From Octopus vulgaris (Eukaryota): 64,000 nt of DNA. Positions 1 through 12,714 of the stretch are shown in pieces (the first letter of the stretch is position 1; each line of letters begins with the position of its first letter). The notes under the pieces were generated by a model. The model was not told the DNA's origin and searched no databases. It saw only the letters and a program-made list of their open reading frames with translations. The stretch is from positions 18,662,001 through 18,726,000 of the forward strand of contig OX597839.1 of the NCBI GenBank assembly GCA_951406725.2, given 5' to 3'. Both the position numbers and the translations under genes were made by a program.

Positions 1-279
1 TTGCTTGGTTCTTGAAAAATCGAAAAACATTAAAAAAAATAATATTTTAAAACAAAAAAAAAATGTAATAACAGAACCAAAAAAAGATAAAAGAGAAAAA
101 AAAAACGAAGCCCCTTCCCTAAAACCCAACAAATTTCTTTAATTTCAATTTGTAAATCGGAAAAAAACCCCGCGCTTTGTTGTTGTTATTTGTTGTTGAT
201 GATCATGATGTTGTTATTATTATTATTATTATTATTATTGTTATTATTAACATTATTGTTGTTAGTGACTTGTGGATTG

Positions 280-470
280 GCAGAGTCTATAGATCAGTGA
301 AAACAATAAAACGCCCTGTGGCACTTGTTCCAAATTTTTACATTCTCAATTCACATTTCACCAAGGTCACCGTGGTGAATTTTTGCCTTTCATCCTATCG
401 GGGTTCTTCAATAAAATTAAAGTACCAGTCAAATACTGGTGTGAATATGATTAAATGTTTCTCCCCTCCC
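280..470 (+). mobile_element. Degenerate SINE family A copy
   Basis: Contains gcctttcatcctatcgggg and aagtaccagt, the conserved core of family A. Confidence 0.6.
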
Positions 471-592
471 CGTTCGACGAATCCTATGGTACCTACACAT
501 ATATTTTCTCCAGGAACCTGGAGACTATGTCATCGACATATTATTTTGTCTTTATTTTTGGAAGACTTGGTAGAATGACAGACGAGAAATGA

Positions 593-910
593 TACAACTA
601 TCCTCGTTTATCGCGAGTGTTTGGTTAAAAATGCGAAAAAAAAAAACGTGTTAAATGAAGCAGCGATAAATGAACAATAGAACGTATGGGAGAAAATACT
701 TCCGTTCTGAGGCCGCCCCCAAATTGTGCTTAGCATTGTGTGTGGTCGCTGGGGTGCAGTTTTTCAGTCCAATCAGAATCTTCGAGTTATTACCGACCCC
801 TTTTGTCACAGATAAATTTGTGATAAGCGTAATTGTTCACAATAAGAGCACCGTGTTATCCTATCCTATATCAGTGAAAGATGAATCAGCGATAAATGAG
901 GCAACATGTA
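593..910. mobile_element. Tigger/pogo-like MITE (Tc1/mariner superfamily)
   Basis: Imperfect TIRs TACAactatCCTCGTTTATCGC ... GCGATAAATGAGGcaacaTGTA, with TA at both ends. Confidence 0.6.
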
Positions 911-1039
911 TTTAGTTGCAGCCCTTTAAGTTCTACATTCGGTGTTTTTTTTTCCGTAATTGGAAAAATCGTCAAGAGCCTCAGTGATATACTTGCGGTA
1001 TTACGAAACCTGATGACCTGAGTTCATTTTCTGTCAAGA

Positions 1040-1250
1040 TTAGCAGAGTCATTAAAGCGTCGACCAAAGAGTTGCGACGAGAGCGTTTACATTCTGAGTT
1101 CAAATCCGACCAAGGTCAACCATGCCTTTTTATTTTTTTTTATTTTTTGGGGAATCAAAGAAATACAGCACCAGTCACGTGCTGTATTTAGCTTAATCAT
1201 CCGTACACTTCACCCAAACTTCTGACCTCGTGCCTGTGTTACAAACTATA
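1040..1250 (+). mobile_element. Degenerate SINE family A copy
   Basis: ttctgagttcaaatcc B-box, aggtcaac..gccttt and tail remnant. Confidence 0.5.
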
Positions 1251-1651
1251 TAATTATTTCAGTGAAATAGCTAGGGCGGTGCCCGTGCTCTTTGCAGGCC
1301 CTCCTGCAGGTATACAGAATTTTATAATTTCTTTGCTGCACCAACGTGTAGAGAATTAACGTGCGTGTGTATATGTCTACATGTGTGTATGTGTGTGAGT
1401 GTGTGTGGGGAGCTGTTTGCAATCGACAATAATAATAATGATAATAGTTGTAGTAATAGTAGCAATAGTCGTAGCAGTGGTGGTAGTCGTAGTCTCATCT
1501 TCCTACTCTGCATGGGGAGGACCTTTCCGTATTATTGGTGCTTGTTTTTTTTTTATTATAAACTCTGGAGAATATAAAGATGGCGTTGACTTGTATGTGT
1601 GAACAGTTATGTGCTGAAGTTAATCTAGGGTTGATATTCTTCTATCCCGCT

Positions 1652-1691
<40 letters not shown>

Positions 1692-2027
1692 CCCTCTATC
1701 TCTCTCTCAATCCCTCTGTCTCTCTCTCTCTCTCACGTTTTTACCAATCTCTTGCTGTAGTAATGAATAATACAAATAAAAAAAATATTTATAATAAAAA
1801 AAAATATATTAATAATTATTATTATTATTAATAATAATAATAATAATAATAATAACAATAATGATAAAAATTGTAATGATGAACAATGATTATCAACAAC
1901 AACAACAATAATGATAATAATAGTGTTGATGGTTGTGGTGATGGTGATGATGATAATGATGATGATGACGGTGGTTTGGATTATAAAATTAATAAAAATG
2001 TTAAATCTCAAATAAATACAAATGGAA

Positions 2028-2080
<53 letters not shown>

Positions 2081-2584
2081 TACTATTGTTATTATTATTA
2101 TTATTATTCAATTAACATGTATTTAATTTGTCTCTTTTTTGAATAATAGAAAATTATTTGTTGAAATTGTTATATGTTTTTGTTATTAAGCCGACCAGTT
2201 TCCTAAAAAGCTGGGCGGGAAATGATATTTTTATATGCTCAGGGTGATTTTCTTTTAAATTTGGAAAACACTCCTACATTCGAAAAATGATAAAAGTGTT
2301 CAGACATACCTTCCTCTTCATACCCCACAGTAGATCCAACATGTAGCCGTGAGGATAAACATGTAGCATTCAAGATATCAAGATCGGAGTTTCAGCTCTT
2401 GAGCAAAACACACCATTTCACGTTGCTCTCCGATGAGTTCGACATCTGACGTGTCGCTCCCTGCGCACCAGTACAACAGGCAAAGCCGATTTGATGGAGG
2501 GCTGATGCACATCACAAATATCTGGTCACTATAAACAAATCATCTGTGCAGGAAACCTCCCCTGTCATTTCCTGTCAAAAGAAT

Positions 2585-3005
2585 CCTATATTTCTTTACT
2601 ACTCAAAAGGGGCTACACACAGAGGGGCCAAACAAGGACAGACAAAGGGATTAAGTCGATTACATCGACCCCAGTGCGTAACCGGTACTTAATTCATCGC
2701 CCCCGAAGGGATGAAAGGCAAAGTCGACCTCGGTGGAATTTAACTCAAAATGTAACGGCAGACGAAATACCCATTTCTTTACTACCCACAAGGGGCTAAA
2801 CACAGAGGAGACAAACAAGGACAGACAAAGGTATTAAGTCGATTACATCGACCCCCAGTGCGTAACTGGTACTTAATTTATCGCCCCCGAAGGGATGAAA
2901 GGCAAAGTCGACTTTGGCGGAATTTGAACTCAGAAGGTAGCGGCAGACGAAATACCTCTAAGCATTTCGTCCGGTGTGCTAACGTTTCTGCCAGTTCGCC
3001 GCCTT
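2585..3005 (-). mobile_element. SINE family A, multimeric (two ~185-bp units plus tRNA-like head)
   Basis: Minus strand has head GGCGGCGAACTGGCAGAA (A-box), GAGTTCAAATTCC (B-box) and core GCCTTTCATCCCTTCGGGG; the internal unit is repeated. Confidence 0.85.
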
Positions 3006-3249
3006 CCTGTCAAAAGAATTCTAGTCGCAACAGCAACAGTGAGAGTAAGAAGCACGATGACAGCAACATTAACAGCATCAGTAATAAAATCAATAAAAAC
3101 AATGAGAAAACCACAGCAATGAGAAAACCCAGGATTGAGGAGACATGGGTTACGAACAGGAGTGACACCGCTTAAAGAAACCCCTTCACCTCCAAAACCA
3201 TTTCAATTAACTCCCACCATCACCACCACCACCACTAATGCAAAACCAT

Positions 3250-3365
3250 CCTTTCGGGGTCGATAAATTGAGTACCAGTGAAATTCTGGGGGGAGGGGTC
3301 GATGTAATCGACTAGTCCCCTCCCATAAAATTTCAGGCCTTGTGCCTATAACACAAAGGATTATT
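3250..3365 (+). mobile_element. SINE family A 3' half
   Basis: catcctttcggggtcgataaattgagtaccag...caggccttgtgcctata..ggattattat. Confidence 0.75.
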
Positions 3366-3399
3366 ATCCCCAAAATGTGACAATTCTAAGAAATAAAAC

Positions 3400-3850
3400 C
3401 GCTAGAAAAGGGTCCCTAAGTATGAGCGCGTGGACCAGCGGTTTGCCAAGGACTTAACATTGTTGGTTCTACGATGTTGTGGTCCAAAAAGCTGCTGGCG
3501 TTACCTTCACGCCATGGATAAGGTTCGCGTTATTTGTGTAGCAGAGATCCAATATGTTACTCTTGGTTAGCTGGGGTATCCTTTGCTCCACGAACAGCAG
3601 AATAGAAAGTTGGCGTAATGATTCCACTTGCCTTTGTTCATGTAGTAACATCCCACAGAGGATGTGGCCTTCAGGCCATTTAACATTTGGCAGGTTGAAG
3701 TCACCCAAGATGAGTTTATTGATGTGTTGGTCCAGGTTTGTCAATAACCTTTTTATGTATCAGAGACTGTCCTCAAATTTCGCATGTTTCGAGGCATTTG
3801 GTGGTTGGTCGATATGTTGTGCATACAAGTACATCGATGTGCTTTGTATG
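3400..3850 (-). mobile_element. LINE (CR1/L2-like) AP-endonuclease fragment, decayed
   Basis: ORF 3469-3744 has LGDFNLPNVKW and NILDLCYTNN; a frameshifted YRPP motif lies upstream at ~3800. Confidence 0.8.
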
Positions 3851-3889
3851 TATTATTAAAGAGTGACAAACCGAGAAAGAATTTGACAA

Positions 3890-4660
3890 CAGTAGTAGGG
3901 ATTACATCCTGGGGTATGAGAAGGCCAGAATTTGGGTCCGTTGAAGACGTAGAAATACTCCGACAACCACTACTAACTCTTCTCGGAGAAGAGAAGGTAA
4001 ATCAAGGAACCGAATCCTGCTGCTACACATATGGCCTTCCAGAAGAAATCCTCCCCAGCCAGGGATTGACCACAGTCTCCAGTACTTACTTGTACTTGTG
4101 ACGGCGTTCACCCAGGGCGGGTTGAGCCGGCTTCTTCTCTGGCCCTAACGGCATCACGAATCATGGCGGCCCACGCTCGACGGTCCCGTGCGAGGTCACT
4201 GGAGAAAGCGAGCCATTCGCGGTTCCATCTGCGCAGACCGACCACCTGTGGACCTGAGAGTTCAGAGAGGTCCTCCTTTATCGTCGTTACTCAGGTCTTC
4301 AGCTATCCGCCCGTGCGTTTGCGCCAGCTAGGAAGTGCAGGCGTGAGGAGGACATCGCGAATCAGCTCATACAAACATAGTCTCCAGTAGCCTCACACAA
4401 CCGTGTGAATCAAGCCTACCATCCTGTCGAATGATGTGGGACAACATGAAGTCACCCTCACTGGAAACCCACCCAAATACATCTACAGTTTTGGGGAACT
4501 TGGTTTTTATGATGTCTGCGTTACGCCTTACAACCTTTACACGGTGCACAGGGCATTGGGAAGCAGTCATGATGTTGGCATTTCGATGTTCGGCGCGAAC
4601 AGCATTCCGGTCCTTCATGTCAGTTAAGTTTTTCTCAACTGCAAGTTTAATCTTTATACT
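3890..4660 (-). mobile_element. Tc1/mariner (DD37D/maT-like) transposase pseudogene, split by an RTE insertion
   Basis: KTKFPKTVDVFGWVSSEGDFM...VRLLET joins across the insertion to VVNPWLGRISSGRPYV*QQDSVP, then frameshifts to WLSEYFYVF..FWPSHTPGCNP. Confidence 0.85.
4085..4375 (-). mobile_element. RTE-clade LINE 3' end, 5'-truncated, with TSD
   Basis: Minus translation WRKRTGG*LKT*VTTIKEDL..LRRWNREWL..LARDRRAWAAMIRDAV..AGSTRPG*; CAAGTACAAGTAAGTA tail; 14-bp TSD CA(C/T)AGTCTCCAGTA at 4071 and 4376. Confidence 0.88.
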
Positions 4661-4723
4661 CTTCGGGGCCGTTGACTTGTTACAACTACAGCAAGCTGTT
4701 CCTGAAAACGGAGACACAGAACT

Positions 4724-4842
4724 CATTCTTTGTAAGCCTAGTACTTATAGTAGAAGACACTTGCCCAAGGTGCTATGCAGTGGGACTGAACCTGGAAACA
4801 GGTGGTTGGGAAGCAAGCTTCTTACCGCACAGTCACTCCTGC
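4724..4842 (-). mobile_element. SINE family B, internally deleted
   Basis: Family B head joined directly to a piece of its 3' region (ctttgtaagcctagtacttat|agtagaagacac). Confidence 0.7.
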
Positions 4843-4859
4843 TAAGCCGAAAGAAATGC

Positions 4860-5055
4860 TGCCCAGGCATGAAGGTTTGGAGGAAGGGAAGTCGATTACA
4901 TCGACCCCAGTGTCTAACTGGTACTTATTTTATCGACCCCGAAGGGATAAAAGGCAAAGCAGGCACTGGCAGTATTTGAACTCAGAGCATATAGCCGGAA
5001 GAAATGTTTCTCAGCATTTTATCTGGCGTGCTAAAAATTGTGTCAGCTCACCGCA
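4860..5055 (-). mobile_element. SINE family A
   Basis: Core, B-box and head match other copies. Confidence 0.8.
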
Positions 5056-5058
5056 TTA

Positions 5059-5098
<40 letters not shown>

Positions 5099-5317
5099 GA
5101 GCATCTTTCATCGTATCGAAAGTCAGGTACTGGTGTTGATGGTATTGGTCCATCCACCATATTCCTCTGACTGTCCCTCCTCATTGGTTCGTTAGTTCTC
5201 TCCATGCCATGCAGCACGTAAGACCATCAGAGCATCACAAAAAATCACAGCACATACCCAAGGCACACAGAACCGCGCTCGGTAGTGAAGTGAAAGCACG
5301 CTATAAAAATAAAACTA

Positions 5318-5377
<60 letters not shown>

Positions 5378-5382
<5 letters not shown>

Positions 5383-5807
5383 CACAGATTTGTTTGTCAG
5401 TTGTTTGACCTTAACCAGTTGAGCATGTCCCTTAGTGGCTGACGATATGTGCATCTCTGATCCAGAGCAGAAGTAGTGGGGGAGCATCATAGCCGTGTGC
5501 TAAAAGGAATTCTTGGAGTTTTGGATAATTCACCTTTGGAAACATGGGTGTTTCGTTCAACATCCTTAAACAATCCTTATTCAAGGACCTTTTGAGCGGG
5601 ATGGGTTACTCGACCAGAAGAAAACTCTAACTGGGCCCCATCTGCAAGGTCATGCGCTGTTTATCTTGATATGAGATCACTATGTCGCGCACATATGGTT
5701 GTGATGCATGTGCCTGGTGTACCCTTATCAGACAGGTAGTCATGATGGGTATACTGGGCTTCGTATAGTTTATCCCAGTGTCACTTTGATGGCATGCACT
5801 GCTCTCT
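5378..5807 (+). mobile_element. Family C element, 5'-truncated, within (AAT)n
   Basis: High identity to 18032-18467 and to the minus-strand copy 57042-57597; (AAT)n on both sides. Confidence 0.85.
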
Positions 5808-5841
5808 ATAATAATAATAATAATAACAATAATAATAATAT

Positions 5842-6273
5842 TCGTTTCTACTAAAGGCACAGGGCCTGAAATTTGGTGGGAGGAGATGTATCGATCATAT
5901 CGACCCCAGTGTTTCACTGGTACTTGATTTATCGACCCCCAAAAGCTAAAAGGCAAAGCCGACCTTGGTGGAATTTGAACTCGGAACGTAAAGGCGGACG
6001 AAATGCTGCTTAGCGTTTCGCCCGGCGTGCAAATAATTCTTATTTCTTTACTACCCACAAGGGGCTAAACATAGAGGGGACAAACAAGGACAGACAAAGG
6101 GATTAAGTCGATTACATCGACCCCAGTGTGTAACTGGTACTTATTTAATCGACCCCGAAAGGATGAAAGGCAAAGTCGACCTCGGTGGAATTTGAACTCG
6201 GAACGTAAAGGCGGACGAAATGCTGCTTAGCGTTTCGCCCGGCGTGCGAATAATTCTGCCAGCTCACCGCCTT
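5842..6273 (-). mobile_element. SINE family A dimer
   Basis: Two core units joined through tatttctttactacccacaagggg. Confidence 0.85.
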
Positions 6274-6739
6274 AACAACAACAACACCAACAACAATAAA
6301 CTGCCGCGAAGCATTTTGTCTGGTGTGCTAACGGTTCTGCCGGCTCTCCGTAATAACAACAACAACAACAGCAACAAATAAAACAGCAGCCACGAATGAA
6401 TGAACTCCTATGCTAACCCGATATCCTATATACGTAGCCTCGATACAAAGCGAAACAAAAATGTCTTATTCAGCCTTAATTAAAGATGGGCTCCTAATTT
6501 AGCTATTGAATTTCCGGCGGCCATTCCACTTCCGGTTTAGCTTTTCTCTCCGTACAATAAGTCTTTTTGGTGGCCGTGTTCTAATGTCTGGCCATACCAT
6601 GTGATTAACGAATTCGACCAATCAGTCGGCCGACCGGCCAGCCAACCAGCCAGCCAGTGTTTCCCTTTAATTCAATATAAAAATATTAATAATGCTTTCA
6701 TTTCCGTAAGAAGACGTTCTATACCAATACTGGCAGGGA

Positions 6740-6909
6740 CCACACACACACGTACGCACACACACACACACACACACGTACGCACGCACATACATACATA
6801 CATACATACATACATACATACATACGTACATACATAGAGGTATACGTGCATCCATAAATACATACACATACGCATTCATACATGCGTGTGTGTGTGTGTA
6901 ATATATATG

Positions 6910-6993
<84 letters not shown>

Positions 6994-7086
6994 TACGCTC
7001 ACAAACATGAACAAATAAATGATTATCTATAAATATGCAAATAATATATATCCATAGGTGTATCCACATATATAAATACATTATAC

Positions 7087-7122
<36 letters not shown>

Positions 7123-7133
7123 TGACTAGTGCA

Positions 7134-7176
<43 letters not shown>

Positions 7177-7681
7177 GTATATATATGTATATATATATGC
7201 ATACACACATATATATACATACACACATATATATACATATATATATATATATCTCATATGCATATAAATGTATATATATATATGCATACGAGCATAAACA
7301 CGCATAACTAATTGTATACATACAAATATGTTTGCATACCAAGGGATACATAGATACACACACAAACACAAACACATACATATATACATACACACACATA
7401 TGTATACACACACACACAATCACACAGGCACACACTTATATAAATTCGTACACACACATATATATAATGCAGGCAGGCTCAGACAAAATACAAATATAGA
7501 GAAAGAGAATATTATGGAAATATCGCAAGACAAAGAACTGATTCTTTTCCAAGTAGGTTATGGCTAAATGTCTTTGATGTCTGAGGGTAAATAGTTGGCC
7601 GTGTTTGTTTGACCCATTCAATATTCTATATTGAACACTAAGTATTATATTATTATTTCTGGGAGATCTATGAGGCCTATC

Positions 7682-7729
<48 letters not shown>

Positions 7730-7839
7730 TATATTTATGTAATTTACGTATATGTATATACATATATATATTTACATATATTAATTATATATATTATATA
7801 TGATATATATGTAATTTACGTATATATAATTTATAGATA

Positions 7840-7914
<75 letters not shown>

Positions 7915-7934
7915 GCAATCATGTTTATACATAT

Positions 7935-7965
<31 letters not shown>

Positions 7966-7984
7966 CACACACACAAGAACTGAA

Positions 7985-8028
<44 letters not shown>

Positions 8029-8224
8029 ATATACATATAAACACACACAAACATATATACACGCGCATATATATATACACAAACATTAATACACACACAT
8101 TCACAAACACACATATATATATATACAACCACATACGTATACACAAACATATAAATACTTTTTTAATTATATACGATATATATGTGTAAACTACGTATAT
8201 ATATGTAATATATGTATATATTAT

Positions 8225-8257
<33 letters not shown>

Positions 8258-8300
8258 GACACACTGGCAGACATAACCTCACTCACATACACATATATGT
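6740..8300. repeat. Compound (CA)n/(TA)n/(CATA)n/(TC)n microsatellite field
   Basis: Direct inspection. Confidence 0.9.
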
Positions 8301-8649
8301 ACGCAAACCTGCTTGTGGTGCATGTCGGCTTAATTTAAACAATTACATTCATGTTAGACCAATGGGATTATCAAATCTCTATTCAGTATAATTATGCTTA
8401 ATATAATTATAAGTGTTTAAACTATGTTTTATTCAGTGAGCGTATACTGGTGTGGGTATATAAATAGATTCATATATTGTGTGTGTACACGTGTGTGCGT
8501 ATATATAAATGTGTGTGCATATATAAAATCTATGTGTATGCATTTGTGCATCTGAATTTCTATATATTTTTATATACACTGGCGGTGTCCCAGCATGGCC
8601 ACAGTCTCAGGGCTGAAAAATATAAAAGAATATATATATATATATATAT

Positions 8650-8985
8650 ATACGAGCAAAATGCCCCCCGTCCAATGGACGGTGCTCAGTTGTCCGACCG
8701 TCCCATAAGCCTCCCCTTTGAGAAACATTGATTTAACTTAAATTTGAGACACCAGCAAAAGAAGAAATATAGATAGACTTTTTTTCTATTCCAAAGAAAA
8801 ATTATTTCCCACGGCTTTATCGATCACATTCTCACCTGGAATCGATTTTTGTAATTTTTTCAAGACTTATACACGCCCTGATACCGTCGGTATCTACATA
8901 TCAAATTTGAGCGCAATCGGGTGGAGGATGCCCGAGATCCTAGAAGACACACAGAGACAGACCGAACGGATTTTATATAATAGAT
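8650..8985 (+). mobile_element. Non-autonomous Helitron/Helentron-like element
   Basis: Starts tatacgagc..cccg, contains caaatttgagcgcaatcgg, ends acagagacagac..ttttatataatagat; inserted in (TA)n. This architecture resembles Lep1/DINE-like elements. Confidence 0.5.
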
Positions 8986-9089
8986 ATATATATTTTTTAA
9001 ATTTTATTATAATTTTAAATTTTATCTAGTTTCAGTTCACGAGCTGTGGCCATGCTGGGGTACCGCCATTTATATATATATAAATTCCA

Positions 9090-9320
9090 AATACGGAACA
9101 AGAATGTAACGGACGACAATAAAAACATATGGACAGTGGGACGATACAAAGACAGACAGGAAAAACCAGGACGGATCATTCGTGACGGATCATTCGTGTC
9201 AAGCTTCCAATTATCATTGCAGTTTTGGCCTGTTACACTTGAGACTGTTCAAAATTGGTATTCCCCGAAAAATCTAAGCTAAGAGCATTAAATTTTTGGA
9301 AGAAAGCAAGCGAATTTTTA
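9090..9320. repeat. Unclassified interspersed repeat F (second copy 44325-44510)
   Basis: Shared ggacagt..gacgataca and aaaatctaagctaagagca..aagaaagc.agcgaat. Confidence 0.7.
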
Positions 9321-9575
9321 TGACAACACAGACGAAAAAAAAAAACGAGAAAACGGAGAAAATGTTACAAGATTACAAATAAACATACCTGTAAGTATCC
9401 TTATGTAAATAAATGCGTGTGTGTTTGTGTTTTCACGCATACACATACCTGTAAGTGTGTGTTGCATGTACACACACATCTCGAAAAAATGCAAGGCGAA
9501 GTCGACCTCAGCGGATATATATATATGGACGCATGCATGCGTATAATATCAGAACCAAATATATACTTGTGTGTG

Positions 9576-9630
<55 letters not shown>

Positions 9631-9685
9631 ATATATATATATATATATATATCTATCTATCTATATATATATATATATTCAAGAT

Positions 9686-9897
9686 GTGACCGCGTGTGTA
9701 CCGTTGGCCATTTTTTTTCCTCCGTCTTCCCTTCTCCGGATCTTTCCTTCTCCTATGTTTCCGACGAAGAGCTCCGCTCGAAACGTTAAATCCTCCTTCT
9801 TTCCTTCTTTCCTGAGCGTCCAATAATACTATATTTGTTCCACGTCCTTGCGTTGTTGTGTTTTCTCTTGGTGTTTTCATGTTTGGATTAACTTTAT
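9686..9897 (+). mobile_element. Family D short element with hammerhead-like motif (Penelope pLTR-like)
   Basis: Near-identical to 59901-60093; GTTT-CCGACGA-A-GAGC-TCC-GCTC-GAAACGTT-AAAT; flanked by (TA)n. Confidence 0.75.
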
Positions 9898-9981
9898 ATA
9901 CACATATATATATATATATATATACACACGCATACATACATATATATACATACATACATACATATATATACATACATACAT

Positions 9982-10014
<33 letters not shown>

Positions 10015-10040
10015 CATACATACATACATATATATACATG

Positions 10041-10071
<31 letters not shown>

Positions 10072-10681
10072 GTATACATGTGTGTGACTGCGTGCGAATG
10101 TATGTATACATGTGCATATATTATACACACGGATATATATTTACACATAAGTGTAGAGTAAAAACAATAAAGAAACCGAAACGAGTTATTTTAACGGTGA
10201 AACGGAACAAATTGTATGGAAGGACATCTGGGAAGAAATTACGTAACACCACAAGATTAACTTCAGGAAAAGGTGTCTCGATTAGACTCTTACCCTAATT
10301 AACTTCTGTCGATCACATACTGCTGTCAGCTAAATTGCGCATGCGCAGAAACACATATATACACACGAACATCCATAGACTGATGTAGATTGATACACAC
10401 ATACACGTACATACACTGGGTCTGGCGTAGATATGCAATTATGGACGGTTAATAGGCCAATAGAATATAAATTATTGTTATCAGAGTTAATTCTTTCAGC
10501 TTCTATGTACACTCACACACATATATATACATAGTATATAGTTTAAAGTATATTGAATGATTTTGTCGATGAGCATTCATTTATTCGGGCACTTTTATAT
10601 ACGTGTACACTTATAATGCAAATACTTATGCACATACACACACAGAAACACATATTGCATACATACACAAACACACGCACG

Positions 10682-10719
<38 letters not shown>

Positions 10720-10745
10720 CGTGTGTATAAGCATATACATGCATA

Positions 10746-10777
<32 letters not shown>

Positions 10778-10907
10778 CTCACACACATACCTGTGTGTAA
10801 TATGCCCATACATACATGCAAACACACATACATGTGTGTGTGAGTATATATATATATATATATATATATACTCATACATATATAAAAGTACATATTATTA
10901 GAAACCG

Positions 10908-10965
<58 letters not shown>

Positions 10966-11034
10966 ATGTTTATGCTCATATATAAATAGATAGATACGCA
11001 AGTCATTCATACGTACGCACAGACACATATATAC

Positions 11035-11685
11035 ACTACCTCTATTAAATCATTATCCCGAATTAGACGGACACGAAATAGGCCTCGGAAGCCGTAAGTA
11101 TGCCACGATATACGAAATTAGTTTCTATCAAGGCTAATGGGCATCCCATTGTTAATCCATCCAGTTGTTGTGAATATAGATGCATCTCTTGACCGTATAT
11201 TGGCATGATTATTATTGTGCTATTATCACCTTTAATCCTCCTCTTCCTCCTCCTCCTCTATATTCGTTCTTCTCCCTTTTTTCGTTTACTGTTCTTTTCC
11301 ATTTTCATTCTGTTCCAAATATATTATCTCTTTTTCCTTTCATCTTTTCTCTGCTCAAACTTCTTTCTCTTTTTCTCAGATTTTTCTTTTATCCTTTTTA
11401 AGTATGTCAGTCACCCAGTTCTCTTCCTACATATGTATGTCTGTATGTTTTTATGTATGTATGTCATTGTTCAGTTTTATTTCAAGATTTCTTGCCAATA
11501 GAAAAAGAACCGGTTTCTCTCCCAGATCCAAGGCTTCCTTCATTGGAATTTCAACTACATCAACAGGGTATTTTGTTTGTATGTGTGTATGCTACTCCTG
11601 CTCTGTGACTTCAACTTACACACACATGTACATTTATGCAAACTACTATACACATACACCCCGAAAGCAGCCCTCTGTATATATA

Positions 11686-11747
<62 letters not shown>

Positions 11748-12168
11748 TTATTTGCATATAAATTCATACGTGTATATATGTGCATGTATGTACATATATA
11801 CACGTATGCATTTATATGCACGTATATACACGTATATCAATCAGTATCCCGAATTAGACGGACACTAAGTGAGTCTGGGAAACCTTCACATATGTGAAGG
11901 CGCGTGACTTAGTGGTTAGGGTATTTGGCTCACGAAATAAGGTTGCGAGTTCAATTCCCGCGAGTTCAATACATAGACACATATTGCATACACATACATA
12001 CACAACTTCTATTAGCTCAATCATTATCCCGAATTCGACGGACACTAAATGAGTCTAGGAAACATTAAGTATGTCACTATTTACGAAATTAGTTTTTATC
12101 AAGGCTAATGGTTATCCTATTGTTAATCCATCTAGTTGCCGTGAATATAAACGTATCCTTTGACCATA
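11035..12168 (+). repeat. Local direct repeat in three copies (11035-11200, 11838-11884 partial, 12005-12168)
   Basis: Shared aatcattatcccgaatt.gacggacac and gaaattagttt.tatcaaggctaatgg. Confidence 0.8.
11898..11961 (+). mobile_element. tRNA-derived SINE head fragment (family H-like)
   Basis: A-box TGACTTAGTGG and B-box GAGTTCAATTCCC; no complete cloverleaf. Confidence 0.6.
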
Positions 12169-12169
12169 C

Positions 12170-12390
12170 GTCGACAGAGTTGATATTGATTCTGATTTCT
12201 TGCCAAGCTATCTGGGGCGGTATGGGACTAGCAGCATAAATTACAATGGGCAACAATTGGTTGAGCATTGCACATTTTATAGAGTTGTCAGCAACATTTT
12301 CTTCCAAAATAAAACCCGGCACAAAGTGACTCGTAGGCATCCTTTCTCCGAACACTGGTACCACTCACACCTGATACTTGCTTGGAGGTC
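12170..12390 (+). mobile_element. RTE LINE endonuclease fragment
   Basis: PSYLGRYGTSSINYNGQQLVEHC..SNIFFQNKTRHKVTRRHPFSEHWYHSHLIL resembles the RTE APE pattern G.FG....NENGQRLLE.C..NTFF..K..HKVSWRHPRS.HWHQLDLI. Confidence 0.8.
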
Positions 12391-12711
12391 AAAGTTGACC
12401 TCAGCGAAATTTAAACTCAGAGAATTTAACCGGAACAGATATCGCAAAGCATTCTATTGGACGCTCGAACAACTGTACCTATTTCTTTACTACCCACAAG
12501 GGGCTAAACACAGAGGGGACAAACAAGGACAGACAAACGGATTAACCCGATTATATCGAAATCAGTACGCAACTAGTACTTATTTAATCGAGCCCGAAAG
12601 GATGAAAGGCAAAGTCGACCTCGGCAGAATTTGAACTCAGAACGTAGCGGCAGACGAAATACTGCTAAGCATTTCGCCCGGCGTGCTAACGCTTCTGCCA
12701 GCTCACCGCCT
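12385..12711 (-). mobile_element. SINE family A multimer
   Basis: Head, core and recurrent internal junction. Confidence 0.85.
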
Positions 12712-12714
12712 TAA

